Source of the DNA: Macrostomum hystrix | Lineage: Eukaryota > Animalia > Platyhelminthes | DNA: 64,000 nucleotides | Direction of reading: 5' to 3' | NCBI GenBank assembly: GCA_950097015.1 | Contig: CATNEN010000039.1 | Location: 2,790,001-2,854,000 of the forward strand | Shown: positions 52,957 through 64,000 of the stretch, one piece after another | Numbering within the stretch: the stretch's first letter is position 1 | Layout of the letters: each line of letters starts with the position of its first letter | Made by a program: the position numbers and the translations under genes | Notes under the pieces: generated by a model | Databases searched by the model: none | Told to the model about the DNA's origin: nothing | Seen by the model: only the letters and a program-made list of their open reading frames with translations

Positions 52957-55900
52957 TCACAGCAGCCGCAGGATGGTGTAGGGCGCGTGCCCGACTTCCC
53001 CAACGCAGTTGCGCAGCTGCCACCAGTTGCGCGAGTCGTCCAGAACCTCCAGCAGTTCGCCACGCTGCACAGTCAACTCCTTGGCGTTGCGGCCAGCTTT
53101 GTCGTGCACTGCCTGCACCACCCGGTTGCCGCGGCTGGCGGCCTCGGCGCGCAGCCGCGCCTGCCGCTCGTCCCAGCTGGGGACGCTGCCGCCGTGGAAG
53201 CTTCGCCTGACCGGCTGGCTGGCGGGCGCGACGATGGTTGGCAGCTGCGGCTGCGGCGGAGCCAGCGGGGATCTGGGCGCCACCTGGGCTATCGGACGCT
53301 GCGGTTGCGAAGGCGGCGGCGGCTGCGGCTGGTGGGTTTTAGTGCCGTTCTGCTGGTACGGACTGTACTGCTGGGCCACCGTCACCGGGTTGATCTGCTC
53401 GGATTGTCAAAGCTTTAGCAAATATCTTATGCAAGGCGATGGGATGAAATCGGAGAATTTGGGATTGAAAATGGATTGTAAGGTGAGAATATGGGATGGA
53501 ATGGGAGATATATCACGGAATGGTAGATATGCAACGTAAGGGAAGAATACGGGATGGAAGGGAAGAATACGGGATGGAAGGGAAGAATACGGGATGGAAG
53601 GGAAGAATACGGGATGGAAGGGGAGATAGGGGATGGAAGGGGAGATAGGGGATGGAAGGGGAGATAGGGGATGGATGGGGAGATAGGGGATGGAAGGGGA
53701 GAATGTGGGGTAGAAGGGGAAACGTGGGATGGAAGGGGAGAGTTTGAAGGAATCACTCACCATGTCACTAACTCACTCTACTAATGGAAAGAGGACTAAT
53801 TCGGGTTATTGAAATCATGAAGGAGAACAGGATGTGGTTGGATGTGCTCACCACTTTGATGACAGGCCCTGGTGGGTCCCGCAGCTGAGTTTGGCGGGGT
53901 GCGGTTCCGCCGTTGGTGATGGCGGGCGACTTGCTGAGGCCCTGGCCGAGCAGCTCGGGCTCCAGTTCCGGCTGCCAGCCGTCGCGACCGAATCGAGGGC
54001 GAAAGGGCGGCACGTCCGGAGTCGGAGCCTGCTGCTGCTGCTGCTGCTGCTGCAGATCCAGCCACTGCTGCCGGGTGCTAGTCCAGGCCACGCCCAGGCT
54101 GTACCACAGCTCGCACTCGTTGGAGGTGAGACAGTGCTTGAGCAGGCCCACGGCCGCGGGGGTCAGCAGCGGCGACAGGACGCGGGACGGCAGGTCGTTG
54201 CCGATGCTCTGGACGACAACGTGAGAGATCAACAATGAGACTGGATAACTGGCAGGTGAGATCAATAATGAGACTGGAGAACTGGCAGGTGAGATCAACA
54301 ATGAGACTGGAGAACTGGCAGTCAACAATGAGACTGGGCAACTGGCATGTGAGATAAACGGAAAGACCCAGAACAGACAGGTGAGATAAACAGAAAGACC
54401 CCAGAACAGACAGGTGAGATAAACAGAAAGACCCCAGAACAGACAGGTGAGATAAACAGAAGGACCCCAGAACAGACAGGTGAGATAAACAGAAAGACCC
54501 CAGAACAGACAGGTGAGATAAACAGAAAGATCCCAGAACAGACAGGTGAGATAAACAGAAAGACCCCAGAAGAGACAGGTGAGATAAACAGAAAGACCCC
54601 AGAAGAGACAGGTGAGATAAACAATGCCAAACGCGGCAGCGCACGCACCTGCACAATGAGCCCCAGCGGCACGAACAGGCAGTGGACCAGTTCGGGCGCA
54701 TTTGGCTGATGAATTCGACCCTCCAGCCGGCCCAGCAGGTTCAGCGCCAGCTTCAGCTTCTTCAGAATGTCAACGAATTCCTCGTTGCCAGGCGGAGCCG
54801 TCGCCTGACGGGTGGAGCGCTGCGACCTGGGCGTGGCTGGCCGCTGCAGCTGCTGCTGCTGTTGCTGCTGAAGGCGAACTGCGAAGGCCTCAACTTCCTC
54901 TAGGCAGCGGTTTAGCACCTGCGATTTTGCAATTGATTGACTGACTCCACATTGTCTGGACACTTGACCTTCTTTGCCCAATCCACTCTACCAAAACCAC
55001 TCTACCCCCAAATACACTCTGCCTCTAGTCCACTCTACTCCAAATTCATTGTACCACAAATCCACTCCACCCTAACCCTAAGCCACCCGAATCCTAATCC
55101 ACTCTACCGGCATTAATCCACCCTACTTCCAATCCACTCTACCACTAATCCACTCTACCACTAATCCACTCTACCACTAATCCACTCTACCACTAATCCA
55201 CTCTACCACTAATCCACTCTACCACTAATCCACTCTACCACTAATCCACTCTACCACTAATCCACTCTACCACTAATCCACTCTACCACTAATCCACTCT
55301 ACCACTAATCCACTCTACCACTAATCCACTAACTCTACCTCTACCTCTGGGGGTTGTAGCCAAGTGGGTGTTGTGGGGATTGTAGCCAAGTGGGTGTTGT
55401 AGCCTAATGGGGATTGTAGCCAAGTGGGTGCTGTAGCCAAGTGGGTGCTGTAGCCAAGTGGGTGCTGTAGCCAAGTGGGTGCTGTAGCCAAGTGGGTGCT
55501 GTAGCCAAGTGGGTGCTGTAGCCAAGTGGGTGCTGTAGCCAAGTGGGTGCTGTAGCCAAGTGGGTGCTGTAGCCAAGTGGGTGCTGTAGCCAAGTGGGTG
55601 CTGTAGCCGAGTGGGTGCTGTAGCCGAGTGGGTGCTGTAGCCGAGTGGGTGCTGTAGCCGAGTGGGTGCTGTAGCCAAGTGGGTGCTGTAGCCAAGTGGG
55701 TGCTGTAGCCAAGTGGGTGCTGTAGCCGAGTGGGTGCTGTAGCCGAGTGGGTGCTGTAGCCAAGTGGGTGCTGTAGCCGAGTGGGTGCTGTAGCCGAGTG
55801 GGTGCTGTAGCCAAGTGGGTGCTGTAGCCAAGTGGGTGCTGTAGCCAAGTGGGTGCTGTAGCCGAGTGGGTGCTGTAGCCAAGTGGGTGCTGTAGCCAAG

Positions 55901-56940
55901 TGGGTGCTGTAGCCAAGTGGGTGCTGTAGCCAAGTGGGTGCTGTAGCCAAGTGGGTGCTGTAGCCAAGTGGGTGCTGTAGCCAAGTGGGTGCTGTAGCCA
56001 ACTGGGTGCTGTAGCCGAGTGGGTGCTGTAGCCGAGTGGGTGCTGTAGCATAATGGGGATTGTAGCTAAGTGGGTGCTGTAGCCAAGTGGGGGTTGTAGC
56101 CATGTGGTTTGAGCATCGGACTCACGAAGGTGGGGACTGGAACAATTTGTGTCCTAGGTAATTGAGCTGGGGTAATTGAGTGTTGGTGGTGACTGGCCCC
56201 CCCCCAGCCACCAGTCCATTGACGAAAAGCCGTACGCAGCCTTCAGATGCGGCTTCGCTGTCGGCTGCTCATCTGGCCCAATTGGGGCAGGTGTAATCAA
56301 TTATTATTATTATTACTCTACCCCCCATTCGAATCTACCCCTAACCACCTATCACTATCTAATCTGCATTGGCTACTAAAACCGACTTGCTGGATCGCAC
56401 AATCGGCCCCCTTACCTGCACCAGCAGTCCGGCATCGCCGGAGTCACCGCCGGCGCCACCGCCGGCCCCGCTGGCTCCAGCTGCGCCAGGCGCCGACGGC
56501 GCAATGAGCTGGTGCATCTCCTTGGCGAATTGACTGGCTGGCACAGCCGTGGGCAGCTGGAAGATGTGCATCTCCCAGGAGCCGCTATCCGACTGTACGC
56601 TGAACATCAGCAGGTTGTCCCGGCCGCCTTCGTAAGCCAACGGCTGGCGCAGCGACCGCAGTGGGAATTCCTCCATCAGCTGGCCGCTAGCCAAATCGAC
56701 AACCCGAAGGCCGCCGCCGTTGCCTAGCAACCGCAGCCGGCACTGGGTACCGCCGGCGCCGCCGCCGTTGGCCTCCATCTGGCGCAGCCGCTGAAGGCCT
56801 TCGTCCGGCGTCAGCTGACCGAAGCCCGAGGTCAGGCTGGCCAGGTGGCGCACCTGTACATCTCGAGGAGCGCCGCCGGACGATGAATACTGCTGCTGAT
56901 GCTGATTCTGCAGCTGCTGCTGTTGACGAACTGCAGCCAT
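52957..56940 (-). CDS. EPS8: EPS8-family adaptor (PTB, EGFR-binding region, SH3)
   Basis: Phase-0 exons at about 56940-56418 (PTB: VRHLAS...MEEFPL...MHIFQ), 54918-54649 (VLNRCLEEVEAF...EFVDILKKLKLALNLLGRL...IHQPNAPELVHCLFVPL), 54209-53853 (VLSPLLT...LWYSLGVAWT) and 53394-52957 (SH3: RNAKELTVQRGELLEVLDDSRNWWQLRN). Confidence 0.9.
53538..53742. repeat. 20-bp compound minisatellite (GGGATGGAAGGGAAGAATAC / GGGATGGAAGGGGAGATAG)
   Basis: Direct. Confidence 0.9.
54221..54623. repeat. 33-bp compound minisatellite (ACAGGTGAGATAAACAGAAAGACCCCAGAACAG) filling an EPS8 intron
   Basis: Direct. Confidence 0.93.
55125..55345. repeat. 16-bp minisatellite (CTAATCCACTCTACCA); degenerate copies extend back to ~54980
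   Basis: Direct. Confidence 0.93.
55349..56100 (+). repeat. 17-bp minisatellite (GTGCTGTAGCCRAGTGG) fused to a SINE head
   Basis: Direct; about 40 copies. Each unit contains the Pol III A-box TAGCCRAGTGG. Confidence 0.95.
56089..56317 (+). mobile_element. tRNA-derived SINE family A, copy 3 (B-box deleted, (TTA)n tail)
   Basis: ggttgtagcc...tcggactcacgaa...actggaacaatttgtgtcc...gccgtacgcagccttcagatgcg...gctgtcggctgc.catctggccc is shared with copies 1 and 2. Confidence 0.85.
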
Positions 56941-57129
56941 TCTGCCCTGATGTTAGATCGTTCTCGATAAGGGGGCCAAAGCCAGGTTAGCCTTGAGAGC
57001 GGCCCGCAACTGGGACAGGATTCGGCTGAAAGAATAAATGAACGGGATTTCACTGCGATTCGGGGATAAATTATCCCAGCCGGGGAGCAAGGCTTGGTTG
57101 AATCCTCCCGATCTCTTTTGCAACAAGGA

Positions 57130-57603
57130 GAGACAGACGGTGAGAGTGGGACAGACGGTGAGAGTGGGACAGACGGTGAGAGTGGGACAGACGGTGAGAG
57201 TGGGAAGGAGTTTGTGATAGTGGACAGGCAGTGAGAGTGGGACAGGCAGTGAGAGTGGGACAGGCAGTGAGAGTGGGACAGGCAGTGAGAGTGGGACAGG
57301 CAGTGAGAGTGGGACAGGCAGTGAGAGTGGGACAGGCAGTGATAGTGGACAGACAGTGAGAGTGGGACAGGCAGTGAGAGTGGGACAGGCAGTGAGAGTG
57401 GGACAGGCAGTGAGAGTGGGACAGGCAGTGAGAGTGGGACAGGCAGTGAGAGTGGGACAGGCAGTGATAGTGGACAGACAGTGAGAGTGGGACAGGCAGT
57501 GAGAGTGGGACAGGCAGTGAGAGTGGGACAGGCAGTGAGAGTGGGACAGGCAGTGAGAGTGTGGAGAGAGTTAGTGAGAGTGGGACAGGCAGTGGGACAG
57601 GCA
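57130..57603. repeat. 18-bp minisatellite (GTGAGAGTGGGACAGGCA)
   Basis: Direct. Confidence 0.95.
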
Positions 57604-58524
57604 GCATCTTTGACGTCTGTCGCAGAGTGCTATGAGATGCAAACTCACCCTGAAGTCCCGCTATGGATATAATTTATTGCAGAGCTGGAATTAATCTTAC
57701 TATTATTGTTTTCTATGCAGAAACAAGAAACAGGCGATGGACTAAAGCTGAGGCCGAATGAATAAATAAACACTTAATTTAAACAGTCCGAGGCCCTGCT
57801 AGCTAAATAAATGGCCAGAAAAACAAGGGGGAGAGATGGAGACAAAGCACAAAAAATGCAGTGATAATCTCCCAGCCATTCAGGGCTAGCAGAAGAATGT
57901 CAGCAATAGACAGAGAGAAAGAAACACAGAAAGCAAGGCACGGAGAGATGAATTAAAAGGCCAGTTTGACCGCGCCCTTGCAGCCTTCCGCCAAGAGGGC
58001 GGAAAGAATTCCTGAGAGAAAGGCTGAGAGGGTCTGCTGGTGAATAACAAATTCTTTTTCTAACACTCAAGCAATCCAAGCTGGGTTGACAAAAGGCGCG
58101 GCCTGTACGGCACAGGCTAAATTAGCAGGTAAAACAGGCCATTAAAGAGAGGCTGAGGGGGGAAGGAGTGTTCCAGAAAAGACACAGACGTCACAGCAGA
58201 AAGGCAGCGAGCATTGAGCAGAGAGCAAGCGACTGGCTGAGTTCTGCACAAACTGAGGCGGTGCTTGAGACCATTGTGAGCACAGAATTCAGGCCTGACT
58301 CAGGGGCGCTTATATTCGCGCATTCCAGTAGAACAGAGGAAGGCGAAAAGAAAAGCAAAAAGCTTATTTCTGAACTTGGCCAACAGGTGGGGCGGGCGAG
58401 GGAGGCGGTCTGAGAGAAGCGAGGCGAGACAATAAAGGAATAGGTGATAGGGCGAATGACGAACTGGAGCAAGGAGCAAAGGCTGCGGCCTCCAGGAAGA
58501 ACTGGGGGCGTGGGCGAGGGATAG

Positions 58525-59232
58525 CGATGGGGAGAAAGGAAGGCCGAAAGGGAGAAAGAAAGGGCGAAGGGGAGAAAGGGAGGCCGATGGGGAGAAAGGA
58601 AGGCCGATGGGGAGAAAGGGAGGCCGAAGGGGAGAAAGGGAGGCCGAAGGGGAGAAAGGGAGGCCTAAGGGGAGAAAGGAAGGGCGAAGGGGAGAAAGGA
58701 GGGGAGAAAGGGAGGCCGAAGGGGAGAAAGGGAGGGCGAAGAGGAAAAAGGAAGGGCGAAGCGAAGAAAGGGAGGGCTAAGGGGAGAAAGGAAGGCCGAA
58801 GGGGAGAAAGGGAGGCCGAAGGGGAGAAAGGGAGGCCGAAGGGGAGAAAGGAAGGCCGAAGGGGAGAAAGGGAGGCGGAAGGGGAGAAAGGGAGGCGGAA
58901 GGGGAGAAAGGGAGGCGGAAGGGGAGAAAGGGAGGCCGAAGGGGACAAAGGGAGGCCGAAGGGGAGAAAGGGAGGCCGAAGGGTAGAAAGGAAGGGCGAA
59001 GCGGAGAAAGGAAGGGCGAAGCGGAGAAAGGGATGGCGAAGCGGAGAAAGGGATGGCGAAGTGGAGAAAGGAAGGGCGAAGCGGAGAAAGGGAGGGCAAA
59101 GGGGAGAAAGGAAGGGCGAAGCGGAGAAAGGGATGGCGAAGCGGAGAAAGGGATGGCGAAGTGGAGAAAGGAAGGGCGAAGCGGAGAAAGGGAGGCCGAA
59201 GGGCAGAAAGGAAGGGCGAAGGGGAGAAAGAC
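58525..59232. repeat. 20-bp minisatellite (GGGGAGAAAGGGAGGCCGAA)
   Basis: Direct. Confidence 0.95.
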
Positions 59233-59880
59233 TGGGTGAAAAGGGAGAAGGGGAGGGTTAAAAGGAGATAAAAGGAAGAAAAAGGCTGACAGACAGAGAT
59301 TAATTTTGTTTATAATTCACGAGCAAAATAACAAACTGCAAGGTTGACGCTTAAAATAATAAACTTGCTATGTTTAGTGGGCAAGCTAATAAACTATGTT
59401 TACCAAGGGTCAGAAAAAAGTAATGAAAACTTTCAGGCATTGCTACAGAAGCTTGAGAGGTGAGTAGCGCACTGAGGCAACACTGAGCGGTTAAAAAAAC
59501 TGTCTCGGAAAAACAAACCAGGTACACGAATTTGTGGAGAAAACAAATGAAAGGTCATGCTGCTTCATCTGATAATGATTCTTAGATTAGCGAAGATGTA
59601 AAACATTGGCAGCTCTAATACTGAAAGGGTTAATACAGCTCAAATACTGATACATCAATGTGAAAAACTGCCTCCCGCCTGAAAAGTCAAGTATGCCGGT
59701 GAATAAAATTTTCTTTTCTGATTTTTCAGCGGCTAAATGGAAAAACCAAAATTTGACTAACAGGAAATTAGAATCTAGTATAGGGGCGATAGCAGCATGC
59801 GAGAAAGAATACAGAATGCTGGAAAAGAAATATTACCAGCAGTTCGAACAGTTTCAAATCTAGGTGCCAAAAAACACTTA

Positions 59881-60400
59881 CCTCACTTCCTGGCTAATGA
59901 GATGACACTAAAGACACCCACCTCCTCACTTCCTGACCAATGAGATGACACTAAAGACACCCACCTCCACAATTCCTGGCCAATGAAATGACTCTAAAGA
60001 CACCCACCACCACACTCCACGGCCAATGAAATGACTCTAAAGACACCCACCTCCACACTCCACGGCCAATGAAATGACTCTAAAGCCACCCACCTCCTTA
60101 CTTCCTGACTAATTAGATGACAACAAACACAACCTCCTCACTTCCTGCCAAATGAAATGACACTAAAACACAACCTCTTCACTTCCTGACCAATGAGATT
60201 ACACCAAGAACATCACCACCTCACTCCATGGCCAATTAGATGACACTAAAGATACCCACCTCCTCACTCCATGGCAAATGAGATGACTCAAAGCCACCCA
60301 CCTCCTTACTTCCTGGCCAATGAAATGACACTAAGAACATTCACCACCTCACTCCATGGTCACAAAATACACTAAAGACACCCACCTCCTCACTTCCGGG
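59881..60400. repeat. ~43-bp degenerate tandem repeat (CACTTCCTGGCCAATGAGATGACACTAAAGACACCCACCTCCT)
   Basis: About 12 diverged units. Confidence 0.9.
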
Positions 60401-60890
60401 TCAAAAAGCTGAAGTAAAAAAATGGACACTTTCAGCCCTAGTCTATTAGCTTGTCCAAAATACACAAAAACTTCAATCCGAGTCATATTCAATTCAATAA
60501 ATAATTCAGCTAAAACCAATGCGCAATTTTTCGTAAACTCAATACTGGCGTCAATACAGCGTTAATGCGAACTTGCCAAGACTGACAAAAAATGCTAGAA
60601 ATAGAGCGAGAGAACTACATGTATTTTTTAACGGACTTGAAGCAAACAAAAGTGCATGCGTTAAACTAAAAATACACCTGGCTCTTTATAGACACGAAAA
60701 TTAGCATCCATCTCTCGGGATAGCAGGGTAAAAACTGGTAGCAGTCAAGATAGAACCGATAGTCTAACGGCGAAAATAAAAAAGACAAGCAAAAAATCTT
60801 AACAGAACTACACAAAGCGAAGCTCACATCCGCAGCTTGCTACTTCTGAAAGGTGAGTAGCATATATAGGACATGGCAGGCTTAGCGATG

Positions 60891-62980
60891 TCAAAGCACA
60901 GAGCACGGCAGAACTCGCCATTGAATCTCTGGCTCCTCCAGGCTGCAGCAGCTGTCGTTGATCTGGGCAGTACCTCCTTCGCCGCCGCCGATGCCACCGC
61001 CAACGCTGCCGAAGTCAACCGGGCCGGAGCACTCGAAGCGATAGCGGCCGCCGATGCGCCAGATGTGATAGGCGAACAGGGCCGTCACCGAGTAGACTGA
61101 CAGGCTCAGGAAGGATACCACCTGCCACGGGGTTGTAAAATACCATTTCCGATACATATCGGCGATGAGATACATTTAGCACACATAAACTACAAAGGAT
61201 GGGCGCTAAGTGGCTCAGCGGTTAACACGTTTGCCTCTCGCACCAAGGTCCCTGAGCTCGAGCACCGCATTAATTAGGGGCGCAGCAGTTGGGAAAAGGC
61301 TTGAGGGCTTGTCATGAAATTCACGCCCCTGATGGCCAACCTCCAAGGCACAGTGAGAGAGTACACTGCGTGACGATGAGAAAGTCAGGGCAGATGTACA
61401 CACCCTGTGTGAGTGTGGTTTTGCATAGAATATCTGTGGCAAAAACATTTCGTTTTCTGTACATATTAGCTACGCTGAACTTTTTGACAAAAGCTCCCAG
61501 CAATAAACTGGAAAAAAAACAAATTTTTCGATACATATCGGCTAGGCAATAAACTAAGCGCTTCAGATCAAGTCTCAAACAATTGCAAAGCGATTTAATA
61601 GCAGATACTCACAGCCACTGGCAGGGCTCGATTGCCCGGTATGCCCGAGTTGCAGGAGGCAACAACAGAAGTGATGAGCAGCATGAGTGACATGACCACG
61701 TAGGATATCATTTCCTGGAAATTGGGAGGAGCGTAGAGTCAGTGACAATGAGTCCTGGACTGTTTCTTCACACTAAACCAAAGCCTTCCCGCATGCAAAA
61801 TGCAGGAACAAAATATCTTGTGTCAATTGGAAATTGTGCAGCGCAAGTAGCATTAGATTTAATTCTTCTCTGCGCGTGTACAGACTGACAAAGAGACCAA
61901 GAGCTATTTTTAGCAACAGTCCCGCTGTGACCCTCAGCGCCGCCACGCCTCAATAAAATCCATAAAATCCGCGCCCGAATAGCTAATCCGTTGTCTGAAG
62001 AAAAACGAGGAGCAGAAAAGGAATTTTTCAAATCCCAGTTGACAACTGGATCCAACTGGTCTGGTTAGTGGCGCCGCGCGAGGGAACTGCTGGGGAGGCG
62101 AGCAAACGCGAAAGGAAAAAACAGGGAGACAAAAAAAGCAAGAGAATAAATTTAAATAAAGATGCGAAAACAAATACTACGGCGAACAAGACAGGGCAAG
62201 ATATAAGGTGAGGGAGATAAGAAGGTGAGGGAGATAAGAAGGCGAGGGAGATAAGAAGGCGAGGGAGATAAGAAGGCGAGGGAGATAAGAAGGCGAGGGA
62301 GATAAGAAGGCGAGGGAGATAAGAAGGCGAGGGAGATAGAAAGGTGAGGGAGATAAGAAGGTGAGGGAGATAAGAAGGCGAGGGAGATAAGAAGGCGAGG
62401 GAGATAAGAAGGTGAGGGAGATAAGAAGGCGAGGGAGATAAGAAGGCGAGGGAGATAAGAAGGCGAGGGAGATAAGAAGGTGAGGGAGATAAGAAGGCGA
62501 GGGAGATAGAAAGGTGAGGGAGATAAGAAGGTGAGGGAGATAAGAAGGCGAGGGAGATAAGAAGGCGAGGGAGATAAGAAGGCGAGGGAGATAAGAAGGC
62601 GAGGGAGATAAGGTGAAGAAGATTAGATACTGTACGCGGTACCAAACAATACCTGCCCTATAACTTCCAGTACCTACTCAAGCACTCACAATGACAGACC
62701 AGTGAAGTCTAACAAAGGCAAATGAGCCGAAGAGGTGGGCGCAAAAGTACATTGCCGTTATTAGAAAGCAGGGCACGGAGGTGATGAGGCCCCAGATGCC
62801 AATGCTGGGATGGGCGGCTGCAGCAACGCCAGTGAGAATGATGGACAGCGCGGTGCCAGTCAGCTGGAAGATGCCCAACGATGACAGGCAGTGCTCGCGG
62901 TAGATCACGAAGAACCTGACGCTGCTGCCACGGTGGCAATTATTTGCAGGATTTGCAGCTGGCTGGTCCGGCTCCATCAC
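60891..62980 (-). CDS. Four-transmembrane MARVEL-domain-like (CMTM/plasmolipin-like) protein
   Basis: Three phase-0 exons at about 62980-62690, 61714-61613 and 61121-60891. Four hydrophobic helices with MARVEL-like patterns CLSSLGIFQL, WSVIEMISYVVMSLMLLITSVVA and VSFLSLSVY....FAYHIW. Confidence 0.7.
61200..61440 (+). mobile_element. SINE family B copy
   Basis: A-box TGGCTCAGCGG, then gcctctcgcaccaaggtccctgagctcg and a body shared with 23150-23505. Confidence 0.8.
62205..62615. repeat. 17-bp minisatellite (GAGGGAGATAAGAAGGY)
   Basis: Direct. Confidence 0.95.
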
Positions 62981-64000
62981 TGCTCAAAGTCTACTCAAGA
63001 TTGTTTCAAAATGGAAGATGAGAACTCTGTGATGCAGAATGGCTGTAATAAATGCAGTCTGAAAAAATGGCAGAATTTGCATTTCAGAAGCCGAAGCCAA
63101 ATTATAGAAGCAGAATTATAATCTCAACTTCACATGAAACATATAGTGTGTAATTATCGAGCTATAGGCTAAAGAAACAAAAAAATTGTTAGAAAATGTA
63201 AGTAGTACTAAGCTCTTCACACATAAAATCTATATATATCTTCAAGGTAAAAAACTAAAATATGTGTTTTGTGTCTTTCTTACACATTTGTGTCTTTTTG
63301 CAGTGTCAACAAGCTTCTTGAAATTTTACCAACCAAAATACTTATATTGTGTTGTCTAAGACTTTAAGAATATTGCAACTTAATCAGTCAGATGAAACAA
63401 AATATATATTCTAAAATGTCAAGAAAGACCATAACATTGTAAATATATCTAGCATGCTCACTTTATTTTATTAATCTCTAGTTCTACCAGCAAATTCTTC
63501 TTTATTTTCACAATGAACCATTAATTTTTTTGGTTGGGGTAGCTTTTGATAAAGATATAATTGAATTGCTAAATAGTAATTATTAGGACACCAGTATGGA
63601 ACAAAGAATTTTAATCCTTCAGATTTAAGTATGTCTTCAAATAGCTAATATGAAACTATTTTTATAGTGTGGATTCTAATTTGATCAGAATATGTTAAAT
63701 AAAAAAAATTTACTTTGCAAGTAGCTATCTAATTGGCACTGTATTTTTAGCTAGCCTTGTCAAAAAATGTCATATAAACTGGCAGTCAATTGAAAAGACT
63801 ATTGAAAAAATATACTTTGTGGACTGAATAAAAATAATTAACTGCAAAAAGCTAATTTAAACTAAAAATAAAAGTTGCATAATACATTTATAAAATATTA
63901 AAAGGCATGAAAAGTAACATGAAAGTTCTAGAATTAAGTGGTAACATAAGTAGCTTTTTATATCAATTGCATTGTACCATGCAATGTATAAGAAAAATTT

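Noticed and set aside
55070-55082. Telomeric CCCTAA repeats
   Set aside because: Only about two copies, inside a degenerate minisatellite flank.
56719-56731. X-box-like GTTGCCTAGCAAC
   Set aside because: It lies inside EPS8 coding sequence and is likely coincidental.

Overview
Eukaryotic genomic DNA, not prokaryotic. GC-rich exons (poly-Gln/Ala/Gly tracts, GT-AG introns) are separated by introns and spacers holding about 45 different mini/microsatellite arrays, roughly 35-40% of the window by hand estimate. This architecture resembles a free-living flatworm such as Macrostomum lignano (inference only). Exons were joined by hand and checked for reading-frame phase. The resulting models are: a + strand gene ending in a calpain-5/TRA-3-like C2 domain; an orphan rhodopsin-class GPCR; an unknown multi-exon gene with an RFX X-box upstream; a secreted Ig + SUEL-lectin-like + ALK/LTK glycine-rich protein with no TM or kinase domain; a PDZ-DH-PH RhoGEF; adenylate kinase 1; an EPS8-family protein apparently ending at its SH3 domain; and a MARVEL-like 4TM protein. 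Two tRNA-derived SINE families are present, one with a CORE-like domain. The most notable signals are that arrays abut exon boundaries, and that several arrays look like amplified functional motifs (a Pol III A-box, splice-site motifs, CCAAT/ETS boxes). The secreted ALK-ectodomain-like lectin is the most unusual protein. Most long ORFs in the supplied track are repeat read-through artefacts. Family assignments come from remembered sequence similarity; no database search was run.
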